Source: Azolla caroliniana (taxonomy: Eukaryota > Plantae > Polypodiophyta). From it: a stretch of 64,000 nucleotides of DNA. Below, piece by piece: positions 25,741 to 38,888 of the stretch (positions within the stretch are counted from its first letter, which is position 1; every line of letters starts with the position of its first letter). The DNA lies in the NCBI GenBank assembly GCA_043228905.1, contig JBHGNT010000016.1:3162001-3226000 (forward strand), given 5' to 3'. The notes under the pieces were generated by a model that saw nothing but the letters and a program-made list of their open reading frames with translations, had not been told where the DNA came from and made no database searches. A program made the translations under genes and the position numbers.

Positions 25741-26630
25741 GCGTGGGCGTTGTTTGATGTCTAAGCAGATTCAATAGGCTTTTCAGAATAGTATGCATGT
25801 GTATATATTATGTTAATTTGTACTTATGTGTGATTGAGTCCAAATGTGTAATTGTATGTAAATAAATGGTTTGGTTTGGTTTCAACCCTCTAGAACCTTC
25901 TAGTTCTAGAGCTTTCAAGAGGTATATAACTGGAGAGTATTTCTAGATTAAGTACATTATATATAAATACATGCTTAAATTAAGATGGTCGAGCATGACA
26001 CCTTGTTGACGTCAGGTTGCAGGCCTTAGTAACTATGTATTTTATGTCACTGTGTCACGACACATGGCCAACACTTGTCATGCCCATGGGAGAACTTACT
26101 TCCATCTAACGAGCCAAACAACCAAACAAAACTATTTAGAAGTTTGTGTCCCCCTATAAATTAAAGAGTGTAATTGGAGATGACTTTGGTTGATCAAGGG
26201 CATTGTTGTTGTTGTTTTGTCAAGAGCCACATTGTCGATGGGTGTATTCTTATTTGGACTAGCAAGGGATTGAGGCAAGCATGGAGAAGGCCTTTGATTC
26301 AAGGCCCATTCAATAATTGTCCAATATGTTGAGCAAATTTAGACTCTCAATCAAGGTGGCTACTTAAACCTGAGCCTAAATTATTTCAATCTCAAGACTA
26401 TAATGTCTTGGGTACCCTGTCAACGTCCAGCTAGTAGAAAACATTATCGTCCACCTGGTATTTCTCATAGGAAGTGTATCTTTGGGTCTTGATGACCATT
26501 ACCTCTAGTGACGGCAATGGCCTTCTCTATATAATGTAACACAATACGAGGCATGTTCCACTACAACTCGCATGTATCTTGAGGTGATCTTCGCATGAAA
26601 AATGATCAATGCTAAACTAATGTGTAAAGA

Positions 26631-26925
26631 TTTTTTTTTCTTCCAAAAAAACATATCCTTCCATTAGTTTTAAAAAGCATATCAACTACAAAATACAAAT
26701 TGATGGAAAGGAACCGACTATCCTTCCCAAGCCCGTCTTGTGTAAGAAAATGGGTAGACATGAAACCATCGTTTGATAGACTTGATTGAGCACTTCATCA
26801 AATTTCCCATTCTCATCATATCCTGCAATTAGATCATTCCAAGAGACCTATTCCTAGACTGAAAGCTTGTTAAATATTACCATGAATTTGCATGTGCTCA
26901 AAGCTCACCTATACATGTAAATAAT
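26631..26925 (-). pseudogene. PLS-type PPR motif remnant joined to a LINE 3' tail
   Basis: The minus strand reads IFNKLSV*E*VSWNDLIAGYDENGKFDEVL (about 26880-26788). It is followed by a LINE-like tail AACTAATGGAAG...TTTTTTGGAAG-poly(A) ending near 26631. Confidence 0.5.
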
Positions 26926-28049
26926 GTCTTTATCGCCATCATTCTATTTAAATACTTGATGCTAGTCTTTATGATGATAACAATACTACAAAATTGTATT
27001 TTTACTGGATAATTTCATGACATGGGTGCAAGACTTTGGCTCCATCCCAAATAGGTTGAGTGTTTGCCTGGTGTGCAAAGCATGTTGATTCTTGTTTTCT
27101 TTCTCATGTTGGATGGTTTGCCTAGCGTGAGTTCTAGTGTCTTTTCAATTTCCCTTTTGTTTGATTGACTTACATTTTGCACTGCAACTTTTGATCTCAC
27201 TACAACAACTGGTACATGAACTCAGTTGTATAGGAGAAATGTTGGATCTAGCATTGGTGAAGACATTGGTTCCGAGAAATCACAATTCATATTCACGCAT
27301 CATCTATTGGATGGTTTCTTTACCTTAATCAACATTGGCTTTTCACCCAAATGGCCCACACATGCCAAAATGACCATGTTTCATCAACCCTAACATTCTT
27401 TTCTTTTGGGAAAGGAATAAGCCCAACTTCCTCTAGACAGTTCTAAAATTTGCTCATAATCAGCAAAATGATCTCCTACACTTTTCCAACGTTCGTTTTT
27501 TTCTTCTAGTTTTCCTTCAATTGATGGAGTGACACATGTAATATTGATCATCATGCAAGTTAACTCACATTGTGTCCACTTCCAAATGGGTCACCCATCT
27601 AAATTTAGATGATTTCGTCCATTTGTCAGATGGGTTTGCATCCCAGCAATGGAAATAGGTCCATCTAATGGAAGTAGGATCTGTCCCCAAATTTTACATT
27701 ATATTATGTTTTCCATCCCTTTATCTGGTTGTCAAAACAATATTTACGATACCAAGAAAAGGATCTTTTTCCAATCCTTCTTATGTAATCACCAAAGCAT
27801 TGTTAAGCAAGATATCTTCCTCCTTGAAGAGACCTTTATTTACCTCTCATCATGAATCTTTTCCCCTTTTACACTAAATGCAGTGTTTCCAAAAGCCTTC
27901 AGAATGCAAATATATGTGATCCTAGGTAGTGAGCGAGCCTCACTTTGAATCTTCTGGAAACTGTTCATTGCTTCGTAACCTTTCTGTATTGAGCATACCT
28001 AATAATGAGTGATTCGAAGAGTATAGAGTTTGCACTTTGTGTGCTTTTT

Positions 28050-28763
28050 CAAGCTACAACAAAAAACAAATCAAACCATTCAGACAAAGCCATTCAAACC
28101 AAACTAGTCAAGGAAAAGGTGAATGTGAGCCATTATGCTCCACCAAGGTGCCTTTTACCACCCCCCATTATGGAAGGATTCCGATTTTAGATGTGTAAAT
28201 GCAGTTTCTATAGGTTGCATGAGGGCTTTTGCTATTCCACATGTTGGTTGATGTGGGTATGATGGTTGTGTTTTCCTGTATGAGTTCTTTGTAGCCTTTG
28301 GGCATCTTTCCATTAATACCAAGGTGAAAAAAAGGTAAATCTGAGCCGTTTAAACCAAATAGTTTAAGAAAAAGTTCAAACCAAACCAAACAATTTAATC
28401 ATAAGTCTAAAGTGAACCATTTAAGTCAAATTTATGAAAGAACAATACAAGAAAAAAATAAAAGTAAAAAAACATTAAATTATAATAATCTTAAAATAAA
28501 ATTAATTAAATCATTAGGGAAACCAAAAAATACAAAAAACTATTAAACCACTAAACCAAGACACTTAAACCGATAAGTCGATAGACATTGGTTTTAGAAC
28601 AAAACCAAACTGTTTACGAAAATTTGAAATTGAACTACATTGTTTAACGATTTTTAAAAACAAACCAAACTAAACCACTTAAGTATATTCAAATTGACAA
28701 ACTGTTAAACAATGGCTTAACAATTTGTTTTGGTTGGGCCAATCCCGGCAAGGCCCATAGCTA
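28050..28763. mobile_element. Degenerate hAT MITE related to 45079-45699, interrupted by a ~200-bp LINE 3' end
   Basis: AAACCAAAC/AAACCG repeats and right end GCCCATAGCTA (compare GCCCATTGCTA). The insert at about 28125-28332 encodes HYAPPRCLLPPP, ends in an A-run and is flanked by aaaggtgaat / aaaggtaaat. The left end was not resolved. Confidence 0.55.
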
Positions 28764-30983
28764 ATGATCCATACACAATCAATTTTGCTCATAAATAAAT
28801 AAATAATGGATCCATTTCGCACAACTCTACTCATGTACATAAATACACAATCTTATGCACGAACTTACTCACGGAACAAAACATTATTTATATATATGTG
28901 CCTTTTCATGTTTTTGTTTGCTTTGATGATGCCTACTTATCTGATGAAAGGTTGGGTTTGGTCTTTGGTGATTGAAATATATGACCGAGTTTGCCAACCA
29001 TTGGGGAACCAAGCAATTTCCTCTTTGTGTGTATATATCTAAATATATAAACACACACAGACATGATCTTGGCATAAGTGCTCTTACAAACGTGAAGAGG
29101 GAAAATCATAAGGGATATGTTCATTTGTCACTCTGTATACACAACTTACGTGTAGCAAAAACTATGAAGACAACGTCAATCCTTCTTAGTTCACGACCCC
29201 CATGGTCTCACTCACTAATTCACGCTCTACTTATGGATTCTCATGACATTGACACCTGAAATGAAACATAGTATTCATTTCAATGGGTGAACTTTCATTA
29301 ATTATTCACTTCGTACAAACTCTCTTTTCCATGCATGAGATTGAAATTCTCAAACAAGATATATGTACATCAAGATGAGGATTCCTTTTGGAACCTCCCT
29401 CTTTGGGGTCCAACAAAATATTCCAAAACATACATATCAACAACATGAATATGGCTTGACAATCCTCTCAAATGAGCCGTTTCCAACTATCTTATTAATA
29501 TATGCCAACATGCTTGCTTTCTTGTTGTTGTTTAATGTGATTTACATTTAGGTTTTGGTTTCCTTAGCTTGGAGTTTCGTCAAGTCTTAACCTTTTTCAT
29601 GTGCAAGACTAGTGTTGCTTTCAAATGCATATCAAAGGAGTTTGATGAAATGTTCACTTTACTGTGCAAGACAAACACTATTGTTTTATGGGGGCGAATC
29701 TCCACTTGTTGTCTATTGAGTGTTCTATAATAGCTTTTACCAAATGACATTATATTATTGGCGTGGCCATTTCCGAGACCACAAACTATGTACTTGTTTG
29801 CTTGTACTTCTTTCCCACTTTATGATACAAGGGGTAATAATGTATGCATGCTTGCATGGGTATATTATGTAATATTTGCGGCAACTTTATTGTTTTACTC
29901 AAAATAGATTGTATAAAAAGAATTTATACTCCTGTACGTTACATGTGTTTGCATTTTATGAATCCAAAATTCAAATACAAAACGAAAGATTCTCAAAGTT
30001 TTGTGATTATATGTTTATTCATTCTTTTATCCTTTCATGAGTGTTTAATGCTTAGATACAATAGAGACATAAGATGACATTTAACTATTTGATGAAATCC
30101 TCTTACTATAAGAATACCTGGGGGGACTCTTTAATGTGTTGCTGAAAATGCTCTTTGTGAGACATCTCTAGATTTTGTATCCTCTTAAACAACTATGATT
30201 GTCTTTTTTATGAGGGTCAAGGACCTAAATATAGTTACGTGTAAAGGGGGAAAAAATTGAATAATATGCTTGGGTCAAAAGTAGGATGACATGAAAATTA
30301 AGATTAATCACATAATTAAGGGAATTGAATCACAATACATGGCATCAAATATATTAAGACCCTTCAATAAAATTAGGAATAATCTATTTTCCATTAACTA
30401 AAATGAGTTGATTGATTTAGCATGTAATTGAAGTCACTTCAAATTAATCCAAGTTGTTTAGAGTTTTGTTAATTAGTGCAGTCCTACTTTCAAATAGGAA
30501 TTGGAAAAACATTGATTTTATCAGTGTTGATTTTACCAATGTTGATTTCAAACACAATAACTGAACAGTCTTAAGTCCATGTAAGACTAGACATTTTGTG
30601 CCAAACCACTATGTTGAAGCATCTCTTTTATGCATTACATTAGTCCTTAGACATACGTAAACTATTGCTTATAGATTCACAAGGTTACCTTTAAGAATGT
30701 CAATCTAAGTCTCCACCAATGGGTTTGATGTTGCACCTTGACACAAGTAGTGAAAATGACAACAATCTCCTAAAAAGATAGAGAGAGGATTTAGATTAGG
30801 TAACAAACTTCATAATGTATTTTGCTCCGAAGTTTGGTGTCAGTTCATATTGATTCATCGAATTACTTCAAACTTACTATGGTCCATCAAGGAAGCAACC
30901 CTTTAACATTTAGCTTTGAAGAAGACCAAGGTTATGAGAATTGAATTTGTTATGACCAGCATTTCCCTAGGAAATAAAAAGAA

Positions 30984-32593
30984 GGGAAAAGTACCAGGAT
31001 ACCCCTGGAAGTTTGTCTATTTACCAGAATGCCCCTGAAAGTTCTAAATTTACCAAACTACCCCTATGTCTAAAAAAATACACTCTATAAAGTAAATATA
31101 CACTCAAATGTACAAGCCATATTTACCAAACTACCCTTCAAACAGAAAATTCTGAACCCTTTATCCTGAGAGTTAACATTATGTGAAATCACAAAATTTG
31201 TTTTCTTACACAAAGTTTGTCTTTCCTTCTGTTTGTTTCCTTCTTTCTCAGTCTCAAACTTTATGTTACATATTTACTGTGAGTTGTTCGCAACAAATTT
31301 GCCTTAAGGTTGCAAACACATTGCATCCTTTTTTGCAACTTCTATCAAATTCTGGTTCCTTTTTTGAGCAATCACAGGGGAATATTATGAAGTTTGAACA
31401 TTTTGGGTGAATACACCCATAATCCCTTGAAAACCTAGTTCCTTTCTCCCATAGATCCTGGGTGAATATATCAAGTTTGGTCTACAGATACACAAATTAC
31501 AACCAGAAGTTTTTATTTTCATGATCCGAAGGGAGTACATGGAACATTTTTGGGAAAAAAAATCTTAAATCTTATCCCTTGGATTAAATTATTTTTGGTC
31601 CATGACTACAGATTTCTATTTACAAGCTATTTTTGTTTCCTAGAGTATTTTTGGGAGATTCTGCAGCCATATAGAATTGTGGATCATGATGAGAAGAATA
31701 GGAGGCTTTGCTAATGACATTCAAAATGTGAGTATCTCCTCCTACATATGGGAGCTTCCCATCCATTGGCCGAGACATGATCTTTCCACCGAAGCTACAC
31801 ATTAACTTGATTTGATCATTGGTCGAAGCCTTAATCCGAGTAAAATCAGGATCCACCCCACCGATAGAGTTTATCCGAGTGGAAGACAGGTCCGAATCAG
31901 AAAGGTAATCCAAAGTCGATACTTTGGATAGATCACCATGTTGCTTCCCCTTTACTGCGGCATGATGGTTCTGATGCGTAGGGTCTAAGGGATACCCCAT
32001 TTGATGGCCGTATCTTCGTGCTCGTGGTGATGATCAAAGGAATTAGAGCTAGGGTTAAAGCTTCCCTCAGAAAGACGATGTGGTGGCCACGATGTTTTTT
32101 GGCTATCCTTACCACAATTTTCTTCTTCTCCGATGCAATAATATCCTGCACCGCCATGGATACGAAGCTTCGAAAAGGTCGATGGAGATGTCTAGGTTAG
32201 CAGAGAGCTGCTGTCGTGTGAAGAGATGGTAAATTGGGGGAGGAAATTCCTAATGATGATGGTGGTGGTGGTGGTGATGAGGCAGATGTCGAAGAGGAAG
32301 ATGAGTATGGTGAAGATGATGATGAGGACGATGGATATGGTTCGAGGGGGATATGATGGGGATGTGGAGGGTTTGAGGGGGATATGATTTATGAGCCAAA
32401 TTTACCAAACTAGCCCTATGGTAAAAAAGTCTAGGTTTAAGGGTAGTTTGGTAAATATGGCTTGTACATTTGAGTGTATATTTACTTTATAGAATGTATT
32501 TTTTTGGATATAGGGGTAGTTTGGTAAATTTAGAACTTTCAGGGGTATTCTGGTAAATAGACAAACTTCCAGGGGTATCCTGGTACTTTTCCC
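30984..32593. mobile_element. Pack-MULE (non-autonomous Mutator-like element with captured gene fragment)
   Basis: TIRs of about 160 bp (GGGAAAAGTACCAGGATACCCCTGGAAG... at 30984-31143; reverse complement at about 32434-32593). Perfect 9-bp TSD TAAAAAGAA (30975-30983 and 32594-32602). No transposase. Confidence 0.95.
31700..32157 (-). pseudogene. Captured 5' fragment of a plant PB1-domain gene
   Basis: IKLMCSFGGKIMSRPMDGKLPYVGGDTHIL is the N-terminal half of the plant PB1 domain (consensus KxxCSFGGKIxPRPxDGKLRYVGGxTRI). It is preceded by ccATGG at 32157 and a frameshifted N-terminal stretch, and is cut off mid-domain. Confidence 0.85.
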
Positions 32594-35455
32594 TAAAAAG
32601 AATAACAATTTGGCTATAGAGAATTTTTTGTGTTTTAAAAAGTTGTTTTTAAAGTTTCCCCACTACCAATTTTGTATCACACTCAATCTTGAAACCGTCA
32701 ACCACTACCACCCACAAACCTTTACAAATGATCATCCATAATATGATTACCATGTGTAATCTACCTATTTAACCAACACAACTTGCAATCAAAATTAGAT
32801 TTTTCACACATCATTGCTTCAAGGTTATCTTTAAAAAATGATGTCTTACATAATCAGATAAAAGAAAACTTTTGAAGTGTCTTTTTCAACATTTGTTTGT
32901 CTTTCTCTTCACCACGTGTTTCAACATTGTTGTGTCCATCAATGGGAGGTAGGAGAACGTCATTTGACAAGGAAATGAGAGGGGGATTTGTGTTTGATGA
33001 GTTGGAGCTTGTTTGGCCAAAGGAAGGTGATAACTTTATTCTTACAATGCACAACTTTGGCAAGCCTAGTATAGTTTTGCAATGACAATAGTGTTTGTGG
33101 ATTAATGGAGTTCTAGAGCTACTACACAAACTTGCCAACTTTTCACAACAACAATGTTTGCCAACTTCGAAGGTGCCACCCTTGATACACAATCAAATCG
33201 TTGCACAAACACAAAATCTTGACACATCCACTTGGAGATGTGAAAGAGTGCCTTGGCATATTCATCAAAGGATCTAAAAGAATTGCCCTTCATTGAGCTC
33301 TAGATAGTGAAATGTATTGTGCTTTCCATTTGTAGTTTTTTTTTCTAATTGGCATAGGATGGATCTTCATCCGTTGCACAACTTGCCTCTTTATGGACAA
33401 TAAAAATCCTAATTCTAACTCATATTTGCATTGAAGAGTGATTGTAAACATTAACTTTAAAATGTTTGTTCTTTCTTTCACTCTCTCTTACATTAGTTTT
33501 TTATTGCTTGTGACGGTCTTTCCATTGTTGGGTCAATGTCAACGTCAACCATAAGAAACTAAACACCTAAGTTGATCACAAATTTGAAATACCATAATTG
33601 AACATGTCTTGAAATAGAAATTTGGAGAAACTAGCTAGGTTTACGTCAAATCGAGGAAAATACCATAATGGTTCAATCTCGTAACAAGGGTATCAACATC
33701 ATTTTTTTACAAGGTATAAGAGCCTTTTCAGTGTAGTTGCAAACTCATTTTTAAAGATAAAACAAGCCCATCCCAGGCTCCTTTTATAACTCGAAATCAA
33801 CTTAAATTTTTGTTTTTGATAAGGTATTACAAGGGTTGTGGCAGATGGGTTCTTATGAGAAAAATGTAAATGCCACATTTACTCAAAAGTGCTGATAGGT
33901 TCTAAGATATGAATATATGTAATAAGAGGTGACAAATCTTACAACCTGATGAAACAAGTGATCAACAACATGGTTCTTGCAAATAACTTAGATTTTGTTT
34001 TTTCAATCATCCTCACTAAGATTTCTCCCTCTATATTATATTATTTACGTTTTCAATTGAATGCAACATAGTGACTCAAGGGCCACACACATGCAATGCG
34101 ATATTCCCCCACCGTCATCATTCTCCCTATTTTGATGTAAGTTATTATTTCTTACTTTCAATTGTCAAATTATATTCTAGGCAAGGCAAGGAGATTTTTC
34201 AAGGTCCACGTGAGACAAAAATTTCAATAAATGGAGAGAATGAATGAAAGTCACATTTTTGTCAAAATTTTGCATACATCACATCAAATCAGTATGATCC
34301 ACTTTGAGAGGCGATCCTTAGGCACTTGTGAACATAGAGTAATTTTGCATTGTGTAGCGTATTATGCCTAGCTTCTATATCCATACAATAATTACACAAT
34401 AAGCATCCTGAAGTATAACACGAGTTATTTTAAACCATCAAATATTGAATGACGGACAAATTAAAAGACCAAAAAGCATGTCTCGATCTATCATGGCTAT
34501 CATTTCACATTTTGAATAAGGGATTTACACTTGGTGACAATTAATTTGGCATAATCAATGTGATATTCAAGTTGGGGCTATTGTGATTCCTCATCACGTA
34601 ATGTCAATAATCGATATGATCTCCATGTGGGGCCCATGAAATACACTTAGCACTTAGCTTTTGATATTAAGAAATATCAATATGATGTTATTACTTATGT
34701 CATATTAACGTGTTAAAGATATATTAATATGTTTTCCTTCTCATTATCGATATCCATGGTCATTGCACACGACCACTTAAACATGCGCGCACACTTTCTT
34801 TTCAATAATGTTATATTACTAGTAACACAAAAACGCATTTTTGCACACATTTGTAGTGTGTGGTGAAGTCACAACCACGAAAGACAGCTATACGATGAAC
34901 AATACACATTGTTGAAAATCGTTGGATAGTGACAGGAGAATCTCTCCCTTAAAAAGGATCACTATTGTTAAATGGGTAGGGTCAAGACTTCACGAAACTC
35001 CTTGGCAAATGCTCCATGGAGGAACTAATACAAAAACAAGGAAGACAAGGAAAATAGTTTGAGAAAGTTGTGAGTGTCCGTAGGTTTTCCAATCAAAGTG
35101 TTATTATTCGATGTGCATGTTTTTGGGATCTTCATTCTGGACCCCGGAGTAGGAAGGGAGATTGTCGAATCAAAACCCCAACAACTATTGACACTTCAAT
35201 TACATGCATGGAAAAACATGTTTGCAAGTCTAAAGACGTGGACAAATTTTCGACACGTGCAATGCATAATGATTTATAGAACCCAATAGAGATATGCTAT
35301 CGAAACAGAAACTTACACCCATCATAGATCTTTCTTGGGCCCGGCCATATCCACCATCAATCCCTTGTTCTTATAAAAGCCATATCATCTAATCCTCCCA
35401 AACATTGTCAAATACATACGCACATAAACCTACAAAGGCAATCAAAAACAAAAAC

Positions 35456-36187
35456 ATGGTTGGTCTTCATTTAGACACAGTAAACCCAACTCCAGTTTCA
35501 AACCATAAGACCTTCACAACACACCCACAAGCCTATGCCGATGAACATGACTTGATTCAGCATGGCTCCGATACCTCAGATCCGGGTTTCGAGTTCCACC
35601 CTCGCTCCTCTTCTTCCACATTCTTCATTGAACATAGCGAGGACGGCGATCACATCGAACTAGGAATGTGGTCTCCGATCAACGCAAGGTTTTTTACGAC
35701 TGAAATCATGAAGAAAGAAGACGGGTTGCATCCAATCTTCTTGCCTGGTTCTCCTCCTCTTCCTGCTGCTGCTCCATGCTTAAGGAGTTCTTTGGGCAAT
35801 CCTAACCATGGTAACTTGTATGAGAGAAGGACACCATGTTGTGAGAGGCAATCATGGGGTTATGATCTTCTCAGCACTCCACCTCATTGCAATCCTCCAC
35901 AAATGTATGACGGCGAATTAGGGTATGACTTTTACACCACAACTTCATCATCACTGTCATTATTATCATCATCAATGTCAACCAGAAGTAGTATGACACC
36001 AGGATTTCCAACTGGAGCACCAAAATCATCCACATGCACATCATCACCATCATCAGCCACATCCACAACTCCTTCATCATTGCCATTAATATCCACTCCA
36101 TCCACATCCATGAGATGCAACATTGCAGAGGTTCTTCTTGTTTCAGTATCATCCTCGAGTTCTCCTTCTCCTTCTCCCTCTTCTTCT

Positions 36188-36222
<35 letters not shown>

Positions 36223-36787
36223 TTTGTCATCATCACCATCTTGTGCTAAACCAGAGAAACTTCCATTTATTTCATCCTTACTATTCAATTCAAAAACATC
36301 ATCAGCAGGAACCAAGGGCCGACATCGAACCATCGATACCACCAAGAAAGTGGCAACATTCTCCAGAATGTCGACCGCACTTCTGAAGATAAACCAACTT
36401 TGGAAACGAAACGCTGTGGCATGTGGCTCAGATCTAGTTCCACTGTCATCATCAACAAAAGTGGTGATTCGCAGGAGGAGCAACGAGAGAGTAAGTCCCA
36501 AGGGAAAGGAGGCGATGATGAAGAAGAAGATGAAGAGTAGGAGGGTTAATCAGAGCGATATGAGTAAGGAGGGCCATCACCATCACCATCATCATCACCA
36601 TCACCATCACCATCATCATGATCGTGATGGACTGATGAACCCTTCCCCATATGCTGCAGAGAATTCACGAAGGAGCGACCGCCTGCTGTTCTGTCCGAAA
36701 TTAATCCCGAAGAAGATCGAATCCAGGTCTCTCTCTAGGTTGGCCGGCCGGACAATGGACTGGCCGGACAATGGACTAGCTGGGTAA
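35456..36787 (+). CDS. Intronless low-complexity Ser/His-rich protein (443 aa), function unknown
   Basis: Long ORF in AT-rich surroundings; TATAAAAG at about 35372; ATG at 35456; GFEF motif, poly-Ser, basic KKKMKSRR stretch and a long poly-His run. The last ~33 codons lie in an adjacent repeat. Confidence 0.65.
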
Positions 36788-37059
36788 TAGCCAAGCCGGA
36801 CAATGGACTTGCTGGACAATAGTCTGACTGGACAATGGACTAGCCGGGCAATTCGCCAACCGGACAATAGGCCGGTCTCGCTCTCTCTTTCTCTCTCCCT
36901 CTCTCGGCTTAGCTATAAGTTCCCCATCCGAGAGCAAGCTTTTGCACTCCTTGGGCATCCACATCTCCCACCTTTGTCGTGATCTCTTTAGATACACTCA
37001 AACCCAATTGTCGATCGTGTAAAGTATAGTTTCTAAGGCGCAAAGATTGCACGGTAACG
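36687..37059. mobile_element. Probable solo-LTR-like insertion with internal GCCGGACAATGGACT repeats
   Basis: Begins TGTT and ends GGTAACG (possibly a mutated CA end). Flanks are ctgc / ttgt, a possible 4-bp TSD with two C>T changes. About seven ~15-bp repeats at 36745-36875, then a CT-rich tract and CTATAAG. Confidence 0.45.
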
Positions 37060-38260
37060 TTGTCTAGTTCTCACATGGCCACGAACTCCTAGGGCTTGTA
37101 TGCTTCCATCTGGTCCGGTTATGTCACTCAACCGTAGTTTAGTATGATAGATTTATGTTTTGTCTATTGGCTACATTGGTGATGGTGGTTAAAAACACCC
37201 TGAGTTTAATGTAATTTGCATCCGTTCAAAAATTTGAAGTCTCAAAATGCATATACCATCAAATTGTGAGATGCTTATGAGTAATTTTGGCAAAAGTTAA
37301 GTACCATTTTGGTTCAAATTAATTTTTTTCATGCATGCGTGTCAGCATAATATAAAGCCCCCAAATACATGAAATCAAAGCATAGAGCTATGCATTGGAG
37401 AATATAACAACATTTTAGATCATTGGGAGAAGAGTCAATGTCATGTTGTTGTGGTATAAGTTACAAAGTCATTATAGCGGCATCCAATCAAGATACATTT
37501 TTTAAATAGAGGTTCATTTGTTTTATAGGACAGCAGTCCTTTAGTTGTCACCATGTTAGGCATTACATCATTGCTTATGTTTCAATTTTTGAACCTTATT
37601 AAGCAACGAATGTAGCAAGGCTTGTGATAATTAAACCACAACCCACATGCTCAAACCTTAGATGAAATTGATAGATTATAAACTATTGGGGGTTAGGGAG
37701 AAGAGAAAGGTGAGAACGAGACAAAATTTCTAGAATCTACATGAAAAAGAAGAATGAAGAAGCAAAAGAAAGTGAGTAACAGTGCATAAACTCACAAGTT
37801 AACATATCATTCGAGGGAAGATGGAATTAAGTTCATGAAAATGTAACAGAGCATAAACTCACAAGTTAATATATCATTCTAGGGATCAATAACAAAAACT
37901 CTACAAAGGCTAAAAACAAAGATGGTATATTCTAGTAGCACAAGATCATAGCATTCTTAAGATAAAATAAGAGTCAGTTAAAATTGAAGGGGGGGTATAT
38001 GATACAATCTTGATGATAAAAATTTAGATCTTTATAAAATTAAATTGTAGGAAGGTTAAGAATGGGTGTGTATGGTGTGTTTGGGGGGGGGGGGGGGGGG
38101 GCGTAGATTTTATAATTGTCCTTGGAGGTGAATCGTGAGCTGTGGAACCAAAATGGAATATTTTTACATAGTTCCTTCAACACATTAGTAACTCTCAATG
38201 TTTAAGAATTTTACTAATGCACATTACAATTGAGGGTGTACATTGTAACTAATAGGCACA

Positions 38261-38291
<31 letters not shown>

Positions 38292-38888
38292 AGACTAGTC
38301 CAAGTTCAAAAATTAGGGGAAAACAAACTGAATTTTGATTGAAGGTCAAGCATTGTGATAGGAAGTGTATTACACAGATTTGTTTATCATAGACATGCCA
38401 CCCAAAAACCATTCACCTTGTTAGCATGGTGATGGCAAAGGTTGTCAATCTTGAAACATTAGGCCCTAGTTCTGATATTCTCCATTTACATTGTCAACAA
38501 AAGCTGACAAAGCATGCAAAGCACAACATTATCATGTGGTACACACTTCTGCAAAAAACTATATGAAATTTGGGATTATACATCAAGTAGAGACCCATTC
38601 TTGAAAATATGAATAAAGATGTTTGTGTATTTTCATTCAAGATTAGGGATGTGCTTAACATCATTTGGCAAGGTCATTTACATCAAGCAAAGATGCTCAT
38701 TATTTAAACAAAGAGAGAACTCGTGAAGATATCATTTGAGTCAGCAAATATCTTCACATCTGGACATTTTTGTCTCCATGATTCTCTACTTTGATCGGCA
38801 CTACAAATGAAGCTATACATCATGGGTCCACAAATAAATACCTTCGCATCTGGAAACTTTCTTCTCCATCATTCTAGACTTCCCATCA

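Noticed and set aside
32854-33481. Cluster of short ORFs right of the Pack-MULE
   Set aside because: Looks like decayed coding sequence, but no family can be recognised by eye.
35871-36501. Antisense poly-Glu and poly-Lys ORFs and other frames over the Ser-rich gene
   Set aside because: They are translations of the (TCT)n and (TCA)n microsatellites in other frames.
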